This document shows positions 48,574 to 57,152 of a stretch of DNA of 64,000 nt, piece by piece (position 1 is the stretch's first letter; every line of letters starts with the position of its first letter). Under the pieces are notes generated by a model. It ran no database searches. It worked only from the letters and a program-made list of their open reading frames with translations, and had not been told where the DNA came from. The stretch comes from Candidatus Chisholmbacteria bacterium (GTDB lineage Bacteria > Patescibacteriota > Microgenomatia > UBA1400 > Chisholmbacteraceae). The stretch is taken from assembly GCA_963704905.1 (NCBI GenBank), contig CAVPHZ010000002.1:75011-139010 (forward strand). The letters are read 5' to 3'. A program made the position numbers and the translations under genes.

Positions 48574-48620
48574 TTCCAAACTGTAGGAAACAATCTCCAG
48601 AGGTTGATATAATCTAAATC

Positions 48621-49409
48621 ATGAAACAAGATGTCATCGGGTTTTTTGACTCGGGAGTGGGTGGACTTTCAATCTGGAGAGCAGTAATTGCAAAGCTATC
48701 ACATGTAGATACGATGTATATAGCCGACCAAAAATATCTCCCTTACGGTGAGAAAAGTGAAAAGGAAATTCAGCAAAGAGCGCTTCTACTTACTCAATAT
48801 CTTATATCAAAAGGAGCCACACTCATTGTAGTTGCTTGTAATAGTGCGACAGTTGCTGCAATCACGATGCTGAGAAATAATTTCGACGTTCCGTTTGTGG
48901 GTGTTGAACCGGCAATCAAAACTGCAGTCAAACTCACAAAGACAAATGAGATTACAGTGTTATCAACCAGCACTACAAAAAAAAGTAAACGCCAAACAAC
49001 ACTGTTAACTTCCTATGCCAAAAATACAAAAGTGTATCTTCACGCTGCCCCAGAATTTGTAGAACTTGTCGAAAATGGTGAATTAGATACCAAAGAGGCG
49101 CAACGAGTTATTGATAAATATTTTCACAATACTTATCGGGGAAATAGCGATATCCTCGTATTGGGGTGCACCCATTATCCCTTTTTAGAAAAGGGCATAA
49201 GGAAGTCGTTGGGTAATGGAATGAAAATAATTGAATCCTCACGTCCAGTAGCAAGACAAGTGGCGCGAATAAAACAGATAAAAATATCTGATGTTGCCAG
49301 AAACATCGGTAGGCATCATTTTTACTCAACTGGAGATCCATCCTCATTGAGTGACATCCTGCAAAAACTTACCAGTAGAAAAGAAAAAGCTGAGCAGCTT
49401 TTCATATGA
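48621..49409 (+). CDS. murI: Glutamate racemase MurI
   Basis: IGFFDSGVGGLSI...VVACNSATVAA...LGCTHYPF racemase signatures. Confidence 0.8.
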   Translation: MKQDVIGFFDSGVGGLSIWRAVIAKLSHVDTMYIADQKYLPYGEKSEKEIQQRALLLTQYLISKGATLIVVACNSATVAAITMLRNNFDVPFVGVEPAIKTAVKLTKTNEITVLSTSTTKKSKRQTTLLTSYAKNTKVYLHAAPEFVELVENGELDTKEAQRVIDKYFHNTYRGNSDILVLGCTHYPFLEKGIRKSLGNGMKIIESSRPVARQVARIKQIKISDVARNIGRHHFYSTGDPSSLSDILQKLTSRKEKAEQLFI

Positions 49410-50755
49410 CACCTTTTAATCAGTTCAAACATGATTTTGAAGGCAGAAGAGTACTGATATTTGGTCTCGGACTCCTTGGAAGAGGTGTAAGTGTTGCAAA
49501 ACTCTTCTGCGAAATTGGCTGTACAGTTACAGTAACGGATAAGAAAAACTCTACTCAATTAAGAACATCACTTCAAAATCTCAGCAAGTACAACATTCGA
49601 TACACGCTAGGTGAACACAAAAGAGAGGACATCGATCAATCAGAAGTGATCATCCGAAACCCTGATGTTGTATGGCATCATCCTCTATTAGAGAGAGCTA
49701 GGAAGAAAAACATTCCTATAAATATGGACACGTCACTATTTGCGAAGTATTTTCCGGGATTGTTAATCGGGATTACTGGAACTAGAGGGAAAACCACAAC
49801 CACTGTTCTCATTTATGAGATGCTAAAGTCGACATATAAAAACGAGGTTATATTAGCTGGAAATGCAACTGAAAAAGCAAATTGTGCCTTACTCAAAGAA
49901 ACTACAATCAAGACCATTGCTGTTGCCGAATTATCTTCTTGGGAGTTAGAAGGTTTTGAAGCGGAGCAGATCAGTCCGAGTATCTCCATCGTCACCAATA
50001 TTTATCGCGATCATCTAGATCATCATAGGAGTTTTAGTGAATATGTAAGGCGAAAACAAGCGATTTTCTCAAATCAAAAGAAAAACGACACCATCATTTT
50101 AAACAGAAATAACAAATGGACTAAAGACATGTCAAAAAAAGTGAATTCAAATATCATCTGGTTTGATGAACAAACCCTACCTGAAAACTGGCAATTAAAA
50201 CTCATAGGATTGCATAACCGAGAAAATGCTTCAGCAGCCTATTGTGTTGGAAAGAAATTGAAAGTAAAAATAAGCTCAATAAGAAATGTTTTTGAACAAT
50301 TCAAAGGCGTTCCTCACAGACTTGAATCTATTGGATATGTAAACAAAGTAGAATTCATAAACGATACAACATCAACAACACCGATAGCGACTATTAAAGC
50401 TCTTCAGTCCATGTCAAATCCAACCATTCTGCTGGTTGGTGGGAATACGAAAAATCTTCCACTGAGAGAACTCACCTCCCAACTAGGAAAAAGAACGAAA
50501 GCAATTGCACTATTACGAGGAAGCGGATCAGCAGAGCTGTACGAACTCATTAAAAGCGATAACAACATTACAATTATTTCAGAAGATCGTGATTTTGATG
50601 AAACAGTATGGACTGCTTTCAAGCACGCCGACCCTGGAGATTCTATACTGCTGAGTCCTGGTTTTACTTCTTTTTCAGAATTCAATAATATCTTTGAAAG
50701 AGGTAAGAGATTTAGAGAAGTTGTAAAAAAACTAAGATCAACGCATGGTAAATAA
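49406..50755 (+). CDS. murD: UDP-N-acetylmuramoylalanine--D-glutamate ligase MurD
   Basis: Rossmann-like N-terminus (VLIFGLGLLGRGV), GITGTRGKTTTT P-loop and the Mur ligase domains. ATGA overlap with murI. Confidence 0.8.
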   Translation: MTPFNQFKHDFEGRRVLIFGLGLLGRGVSVAKLFCEIGCTVTVTDKKNSTQLRTSLQNLSKYNIRYTLGEHKREDIDQSEVIIRNPDVVWHHPLLERARKKNIPINMDTSLFAKYFPGLLIGITGTRGKTTTTVLIYEMLKSTYKNEVILAGNATEKANCALLKETTIKTIAVAELSSWELEGFEAEQISPSISIVTNIYRDHLDHHRSFSEYVRRKQAIFSNQKKNDTIILNRNNKWTKDMSKKVNSNIIWFDEQTLPENWQLKLIGLHNRENASAAYCVGKKLKVKISSIRNVFEQFKGVPHRLESIGYVNKVEFINDTTSTTPIATIKALQSMSNPTILLVGGNTKNLPLRELTSQLGKRTKAIALLRGSGSAELYELIKSDNNITIISEDRDFDETVWTAFKHADPGDSILLSPGFTSFSEFNNIFERGKRFREVVKKLRSTHGK

Positions 50756-51883
50756 AAAAACGAAAAGAAAAAAACGGCAAAAAGCGAAAACAATCCGCCT
50801 ACGCTTTAAAGGGAGAGAGGCAAAAACTGATGTTATCCTGGTAGCTGTCGTTGCAGCACTTTCATTATTCGGAATACTAATAGTCTATGATGCATCTGTA
50901 ATAGAAGCCTATCGTAGTTTTTCAGATAAATTTTTCTTTGTTAAGCAGCAGTTGATCTGGACTGCAATTGGTTTAACCCTGGCAGCGGTGATGTCCGTTA
51001 TACCGTATCATGTGTACAAAAAACTCGGATTTTGGGCTTTTGCAGCATCTCTATTACTTTTGTTTTTTGTATTGCTTCCCGGCATAGGGTCCAAGACTTT
51101 TGGAGCGAGAAGATGGATTGCGTTAGGCAGTCTTTCCCTTCAACCAGCCGAGTTTACAAAACTAACTCTGATTATGTATCTCGCTTCATTCTTAGAAAAA
51201 AAGGTCGCATCCTTCAATTTCTGGTAATACTTGGTGTAGTAGCAGGGCTTATCATGCTTCAGCCAGATTTGGGAACTACTGTGGTGATGAGTAGCATAGC
51301 GGCGGGCATGTACTTCATTTCTGGCGCACCCATACTCAGCTTTACACTCCTTGGATTTGGGGGGATCGTCACTGGAGCCATGTTTATACTCACCTCACCA
51401 TATCGTAGAGCCAGAGTAGCCACATTTCTCAATCCTACAGAAGATCCGCTCGGTGCATCCTACCACATTCGACAGGTGCTCATTGCCCTAGGCTCAGGTG
51501 GATTGTTCGGGTTGGGTATTGGAAAATCCAGGCAAAAATACGAGTATATTCCTGCGGCGACAACCGACTCAATATTTGCAATCATTGCTGAAGAAATTGG
51601 CTTTTTTGGATCGATTGTAATAATTTCCCTATTCACGATATTCATTTTTCGGGCCTTTAAGATTGCAAAACAGGCACCGGATCAATTTACTCAACTGCTT
51701 GCGGGTGGAGTAGCGGTTTGGATAAGCAGCCAAACTGTGCTGAATCTTGCAACCATGGTCGCACTTGTACCATTAACTGGTGTTCCTCTTCCATTCATTT
51801 CATATGGAGGGTCTTCAACGGTAGCAAACCTCGCTGGTGTCGGTTTGCTCTTAAGTGTGAGTCGTTATGCAAAAAAAAGATAG
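50745..51883 (+). CDS. ftsW: Peptidoglycan glycosyltransferase FtsW (SEDS family), carrying one homopolymer frameshift
   Basis: SEDS signatures (QPAEFTKL, LQPDLGT, PLPFISYGGSS). The ORF-track pieces 50745-51227 and 51032-51883 join as ..LASFLEKKGRILQFLVILG.. if the A7 run at 51196-51202 is A8. Confidence 0.75.
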
Positions 51884-53043
51884 AAAGAAACACAAAACAT
51901 ATAAAGTACTTATTACTGGGGGTCATCTCACACCTGCAATTGCGGTTATTGAACATTTGCGAAAACAGCACAATCAGTGGGAGGTGGTTTTTATAGGCAG
52001 AAAATCAGCTACTGAGAGAAGTAGCGCACCTTCAAAAGAATCATTGGAAATTCCAAAGTGGGGAATACCATTTTATTCAATACAGGCAGGGAAAATCCCT
52101 CGTCACGTAAATCTTGAAACGGTCACTGCAAGCTTAAAAATACCAATCGGCATTACGCAAGCATTTTTGAAGGTGAGAAATATACAACCTGATGTGGTAC
52201 TAAGTTTTGGTGGGTATGTTGCAGTCCCGGTGGCGATCGCGGCAAAAATATTACGTATCCCAATAGTGACGCATGAGCAAACTACAGCCAAAGGACTGGG
52301 AACAGCACTCATTGAACACCTTGCAGCAAAAATCGCTATTTCTTGGGATATCAGCAAGAAAGATTTTCGACATAAGGTAGTTCTTACTGGTAATCCAATA
52401 CGCGAAACCTTTTTTGCAAAAAATCATAAAATATCTTCGCTTCCATCACCAACACTTCCAACGATCTATATCACCGGCGGTAATCTTGGATCACAAGCAA
52501 TAAATCTTGCAGTACTAAATGCGCTTAAGGTGCTTACAAAACATTTCATGATCATTCACCAGAGCGGTACAGGAAAAGCAGGAGCTGATAGTAAACAGCT
52601 TACTCTACTAAGAGAAGAGCTACCTATCAATCAACAGAATAATTATCTCGTTCGACCTTGGTTTGAAGATATAGAGGTTGCTTGGCTGATGAGACATGCA
52701 AGGCTTATTGTATCCCGTGCCGGAGCCAACAGTATTACCGAGATAGCACTGAGTGGAACCCCCGCAATTCTTATCCCTCTACCAAAAGCTGGTCGAAATG
52801 AGCAATTATGGAATGCCCAAATGCTAAAAGATACTGGTATTGCTGAGATTCTTCCTCAGGATTCACTTGAGCAAAGATTCTCTGCTCAAGCTGATTAGAA
52901 AAATGAACACCAATTATCAATTATACAAACAACACAGCTCCAGAGCTCAATCTCTTGTAAGAAGAGATTCAGCAGCTGCGATTGGACAACTGTTACTCGA
53001 TGCGATTCAAGAAAAGAAGACCAAAACCACAACCAATAACTAA
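51867..53043 (+). CDS. murG: Undecaprenyldiphospho-muramoylpentapeptide beta-N-acetylglucosaminyltransferase MurG (C-terminus probably continues past a frameshift near 52885-52900)
   Basis: ITGGHLTPAIAV is the MurG G-loop. The intact ORF ends at 52898, only 16 residues after the conserved GIA; the +1 frame continues with MurG-like C-terminal helix sequence (..RRDSAAAIGQLLLDAI..) to 53043. Confidence 0.7.
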
Positions 53044-53779
53044 CACAACTCCGCCCAGGAAATCAAAGTATTTGATTCTAACGCGCTTCCAAATTGGCTG
53101 GATTGGAATATTTTCAATAAGTGTCCTATTGCTCTCTTGGGTAGTATTTGGTGACATATTTTCAATAAAAAAAGTAACCTGCACACGAGATGATAGCAAT
53201 TGCGATGAGCAAATTATTGCAGAGATGGAAAGACTTCTTGGTTTTTCACTTCTTCGATTCAGCCCAGTGAGTCTTGAAAGTAAACTTCAATCTGCGGATC
53301 CAACAATAGGAGAAATTTCAATCGAAGCAGTCTTTCCTGATAGGTTGAATGCTACGATTGTTAGCAAGCAAGTGTCATTTGCAATTCGAGATCCGCAATC
53401 AAGTGAGGTGTATCTGGTGGATGATCAATTGAAAATATATTCTCGAGCAAATGCTGAGAATATTTCTGTTCCTGAAATTATTATTACAGAGCTAGGAGAA
53501 TATTCGATTGGAGAGAATCTAAATGACAACAATGTTTCTCAAGCAATAGAGCTATCCAAAACACTTTCTTCTCAATTTGTTCCTTTCGCAACAATGAATG
53601 TCGATGGAGAAGTAGTAACAGTAATGTTAAAAAATGATGCAAAAGGAATTTTTACCCTCAGACGGGATCTTTTAAAGCAGGTTACCTCTTTACAACAAAT
53701 TCTCTCTCAAGCTACAATAGAGTCCAAGCCGATAACAATTGATGTTCGGTATGATAAACCAGTGGTTAAAGGTGAATGA
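53000..53779 (+). CDS. ftsQ: Cell division protein FtsQ/DivIB-like
   Basis: Basic cytoplasmic N-terminus, a single TM (IGWIGIFSISVLLLSWVV), then a POTRA-like extracytoplasmic domain. It sits between murG and ftsA. The start was chosen at Met 53000; the track gives 52982. Confidence 0.5.
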   Translation: MRFKKRRPKPQPITNTTPPRKSKYLILTRFQIGWIGIFSISVLLLSWVVFGDIFSIKKVTCTRDDSNCDEQIIAEMERLLGFSLLRFSPVSLESKLQSADPTIGEISIEAVFPDRLNATIVSKQVSFAIRDPQSSEVYLVDDQLKIYSRANAENISVPEIIITELGEYSIGENLNDNNVSQAIELSKTLSSQFVPFATMNVDGEVVTVMLKNDAKGIFTLRRDLLKQVTSLQQILSQATIESKPITIDVRYDKPVVKGE

Positions 53780-53816
53780 GCGTGTAAGAAGCCACATCTA
53801 TTCACACACCTGATGT

Positions 53817-55103
53817 ATGCAAAAAAGTAAGATGCACGCGGCGATTGACGTCGGAACAGAAAAAATCACAACCATTATCGCATCCGAAAATGTAGAGGAT
53901 AGAAAAATCAATGTAATGGGTGTTGCTGCAACACCCTCAAATGGTATACGAAAAAGTCAAATTGTCGATATCGATGAGGCCACAGATGCCATTACTGAGA
54001 GTGTTGAAGCAGCTGAGCGTATGGCTGGTTACAGCATAACCCAGGCGGTTATTTCCGTTGGAGGAGCTCATATCACATCACAGAATTCAAAAGGGGTTGT
54101 AGCAGTGTCTGAACCAGAGGGAGAGATAATTGACGAAGATGTCGAGCGCGTGATAGAAGCTGCGCGTGCTGTGTCTCTGCCATCTGCAAGGGAGATCATC
54201 CATGTTATCCCCAGAAATTTCACCGTAGACTCACAAGATGGAATAAAAGATCCTGTTGGAATGAGTGGTGTTCGATTAGAAGCTGCTGCACATTTGATCA
54301 CTGCCTCTCAGACGGCGATGAGAAATCTTGCCAAATGCGTTGGTGAAATCGGCATTGACGTTAGCAGCATGGTGTTTAGTGGCATTGCGGCGGCAGAAGT
54401 GGTTTTAAGCGAAACGGAAAAAGAGCTCGGAGTCGTTCTCGTAGATGTCGGTGGGGGAAGTACGAATATTATCGTTTATGTTGAAGGTACGCTTTCCTAC
54501 TCGTCCGTGTTACCAATAGGTGCGAAGAATATCACAAATGATCTTGCAATTGGTATGAGAATTAGCTCAGAAAGTGCTGAGAAAATAAAACGATATCTAT
54601 CTCTTCCTAAAAAGAAGTCAACACAAGAAGATGAGGAGAAAGAAAAGAAAGATGAGATTGATCTCATCCGTCTTGACTTGAAAGAGGAAATAAAAACTGC
54701 TTCGAAGAAAACCTTAGTCGAAGGTATTATAAAGCCAAGATTGAATGAGATATTTACCATGGTTGGAATTGAACTAAAAAAATCTGGAACAGCTAGTCAA
54801 ACGCCGGCTGGGCTCGTTATTACTGGAGGTGGTGCCAATACTGTCGGTGTGGTCGAATCTGCGAAACGAACGCTTTCAATGCCTACCAGAGTAGGTGTAC
54901 CCAAAGGATTGCATGGTCTCATTGAAGAAATTCAATCACCAGAGTATGCAGTAGCAAGTGGTTTGATCCTATACAGTTCGAGAAGACTTCCCGCTTCGAA
55001 AGGGAATATGTCTATCCCAGGAATTGGTAACGTAATGAAAAACCTTCCCGGAAGGGGGCTTGCAAGCAAAATTGGTGATTTCATAAAGTCATTTCTGCCA
55101 TAA
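53817..55103 (+). CDS. ftsA: Cell division protein FtsA
   Basis: Actin-like ATPase motifs: AAIDVGTEKI phosphate-1, VLVDVGGGSTNI phosphate-2, and LVITGGGAN adenosine. It contains a Lys/Glu-rich insertion. Confidence 0.8.
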   Translation: MQKSKMHAAIDVGTEKITTIIASENVEDRKINVMGVAATPSNGIRKSQIVDIDEATDAITESVEAAERMAGYSITQAVISVGGAHITSQNSKGVVAVSEPEGEIIDEDVERVIEAARAVSLPSAREIIHVIPRNFTVDSQDGIKDPVGMSGVRLEAAAHLITASQTAMRNLAKCVGEIGIDVSSMVFSGIAAAEVVLSETEKELGVVLVDVGGGSTNIIVYVEGTLSYSSVLPIGAKNITNDLAIGMRISSESAEKIKRYLSLPKKKSTQEDEEKEKKDEIDLIRLDLKEEIKTASKKTLVEGIIKPRLNEIFTMVGIELKKSGTASQTPAGLVITGGGANTVGVVESAKRTLSMPTRVGVPKGLHGLIEEIQSPEYAVASGLILYSSRRLPASKGNMSIPGIGNVMKNLPGRGLASKIGDFIKSFLP

Positions 55104-55187
55104 TTTTATATCTGCTCCTCAAATATTGTATCCCGCAAAGACAGACATAAATCATGTTAAGAAATACATTTTTCTCCAGAAAAATGC

Positions 55188-55215
55188 TTGAAAAAACGTA
55201 CGAATAGTGTATAGT
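55188..55215 (+). promoter_or_regulatory. Candidate ftsZ promoter (TTGAAA-N16-TGTATAGT, extended -10)
   Basis: TTGAAA at 55188-55193, a 16-nt spacer, then tgTATAGT at 55208-55215, about 35 nt upstream of ftsZ. Confidence 0.35.
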
Positions 55216-55217
55216 GA

Positions 55218-55238
55218 GGCCCGCTTCGGGTTTTATAT
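55218..55238 (+). terminator. Small GC hairpin plus U-run between ftsA and ftsZ (weak intrinsic terminator or attenuator)
   Basis: GGCCCG-cuu-CGGGUUUUAUAUUA lies immediately after the putative -10 element. Confidence 0.25.
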
Positions 55239-55244
55239 TAAATT

Positions 55245-56393
55245 TTGATTATGGGTCTTGTAAAGCCAGAAATAAATACATTCGCGAAAATAAAAGTTCT
55301 TGGAATCGGTGGTGGTGGTGGTAATGCTCTGAACTCCATGATCAAAACCCAACAAATCCAAGGAGTTGAGTTTGTTGCTGTTAATACCGACGCCCAGGCT
55401 TTGCTTACCTGTCAGGCTGATACAAAACTTCAAATTGGAGATAGTCTCACCCGAGGATTAGGTTCTGGAGCCGATCCTGATATTGGTAAAAAAGCTGCCG
55501 ATGAATCCAACGAAAAAATTAAAAACCTCCTCTTAGACACCGATATGGTCTTTATTACCGCTGGAATGGGTGGAGGGACGGGGACAGGTGGTTCACCGAT
55601 TGTTGCGGAGATAGCCAAAGAATCAGGTGCGCTTACGGTGGCTGTGGTGACCAAGCCATTTGCTTTCGAAGGTACCAGACGAATGGTTGTAGCAGAGGAG
55701 GGAATAGAAAATCTAAAAGAAAAAGTCGACACACTCATCGTGATTCCAAACGAGAGAATTTTAGATGTGGTCGACAAAAAAATGTCACTACTCGAGGCAT
55801 TTAAGGTAGCAGATTCTGTGCTCGGAGAAGGTGTTCAAGGAATTTCGGACCTTATTACAACGCCCGGGCTTATTAATGTTGACTTTGCCGACGTCCGCTC
55901 AATTATGACCAATGCTGGTTCAGCGCTTATGGGTATCGGTCACGGTGTAGGAGAAAATCGATCTGCTACAGCAGCTAGAATGGCCATTGCGAGCCCTTTA
56001 CTGGAGCTTTCCATTGACGGGGCCAAGGGTATTCTCTTTAACATTACCGGAGGCGCTGATTTGACGATGAACGAAGTAAATGAAGCTGCCAAGATCATCA
56101 GTCAGAGCGCCGATGCCGATGCCAACATCATTTTTGGAACCACAATTGATGAGGGTATGGTCGACCAGGTAAAAATTTCGGTAATTGCAACCGGGTTTGA
56201 TGAAAGTAGACAACGATTGCAACAATTTAACGTTCCTGGATTCCAGAAGCCAAAAGAAGAAGATAGAGAAGATATAGAAAAAGAGGCGGATGGTGAAGAG
56301 CAGAAAAGTGAAGATCCACCTGTAAAGAACGGTGAATTTGATCAAGTTGAAGATGAGCTAGACATCCCAGCCTTTCTCAGACAAGGGAGATAA
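55245..56393 (+). CDS. ftsZ: Cell division GTPase FtsZ
   Basis: [13 protein letters not shown] (G-box) plus the tubulin signature T7 loop (NVDFADV). The acidic C-terminal tail ends DIPAFLR, the conserved FtsA-binding peptide. The start may be TTG 55245 or ATG 55251. Confidence 0.9.
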   Translation: MIMGLVKPEINTFAKIKVLGIGGGGGNALNSMIKTQQIQGVEFVAVNTDAQALLTCQADTKLQIGDSLTRGLGSGADPDIGKKAADESNEKIKNLLLDTDMVFITAGMGGGTGTGGSPIVAEIAKESGALTVAVVTKPFAFEGTRRMVVAEEGIENLKEKVDTLIVIPNERILDVVDKKMSLLEAFKVADSVLGEGVQGISDLITTPGLINVDFADVRSIMTNAGSALMGIGHGVGENRSATAARMAIASPLLELSIDGAKGILFNITGGADLTMNEVNEAAKIISQSADADANIIFGTTIDEGMVDQVKISVIATGFDESRQRLQQFNVPGFQKPKEEDREDIEKEADGEEQKSEDPPVKNGEFDQVEDELDIPAFLRQGR

Positions 56394-56398
56394 TTAGT

Positions 56399-57064
56399 TC
56401 ACTCTTTAAGTAAATTCATGCACATCCAATTCTCAACTTGTTGCATTTGATCTGAAAATCGCAGAATACCTTCTTCACTCCCAACGGCTAACGCTTCAGC
56501 ATCAACAAAAAACAATCGATCTAATTCTGGGTGATAGACAATATTATTTGGTGCTCCTTGTTGAAGAACATCACCGTGGATCATCTGATGGTGAGTGGCA
56601 AATGCCCGATGACCATTTTCAAGTTGACATAATAGACGAGTTATATTATCTCTTGAAAATCCATGAAACAAAACTTCAGAGGAGTCAATTTCTCCATATT
56701 CTATCAGGTCCAACACTGTACCGAGTTCATTAAGACTAGAACCAAGGTAAGCCATATCAAAGACTAGGTAAGATGAGTCTGGTAGAGAAAGTAAATTAAC
56801 ACTCGGAAAGTGTCCTCCGGAAAATCGATAGGAGGCAAACAAGAGTTGCAGTTTTTTCCACTCACGACGCCCATGTTCATTATCAGGTCGTATTTTAAGT
56901 ACTTTTGAGTTATAGTGAGCGTCTCTTATTCGAACTACTCTTCTCTCTTGAGGAAAATAAGTGGAATATATTTGTTCGACTGAATCAGTATCAAGGGAAA
57001 ACCCTATCCGTTGAGTAAAGAGTAAAATATCATCTTTAGATGGATGAAGTAATTCTGCAGACAT
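56399..57064 (-). CDS. Protein-kinase-like fold protein (APH/Kdo-kinase/RIO-like)
   Basis: HGDVLQQGAPNNIVY resembles the catalytic loop HGDlhpgNil, and FFVDAE resembles the DFG-like metal-binding motif of small-molecule/atypical kinases. It is the only minus-strand gene in 23 kb. Confidence 0.4.
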   Translation of the reverse strand: MSAELLHPSKDDILLFTQRIGFSLDTDSVEQIYSTYFPQERRVVRIRDAHYNSKVLKIRPDNEHGRREWKKLQLLFASYRFSGGHFPSVNLLSLPDSSYLVFDMAYLGSSLNELGTVLDLIEYGEIDSSEVLFHGFSRDNITRLLCQLENGHRAFATHHQMIHGDVLQQGAPNNIVYHPELDRLFFVDAEALAVGSEEGILRFSDQMQQVENWMCMNLLKE

Positions 57065-57112
57065 ATCAGGGGATTATAGCGGGTTTATATTTCTGAACAA
57101 TTGCATTTGATC
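56442..57112. repeat. 12-bp direct repeat TTGCATTTGATC (56442-56453 and 57101-57112) bracketing the opposite-strand kinase-like gene
   Basis: Exact 12-mer at both positions with partially matching flanks (caacttgTTGCATTTGATCtg versus gaacaaTTGCATTTGATCaa). Confidence 0.4.
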
Positions 57113-57152
57113 AAACTCTTATCTCCAGGGTAAAATACCAAGTGTTAACAAA

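Noticed and set aside
52840-53043. Independent 67-aa ORF between murG and ftsQ
   Set aside because: Its product (..RRDSAAAIGQLLLDAI..) looks like the missing MurG C-terminal helix reached through a frameshift, so it was merged into murG.
55217-55238. Strong rho-independent terminator after ftsA
   Set aside because: The stem is only 4-5 bp and overlaps the candidate ftsZ promoter, so it is reported as a low-confidence feature rather than a firm terminator.
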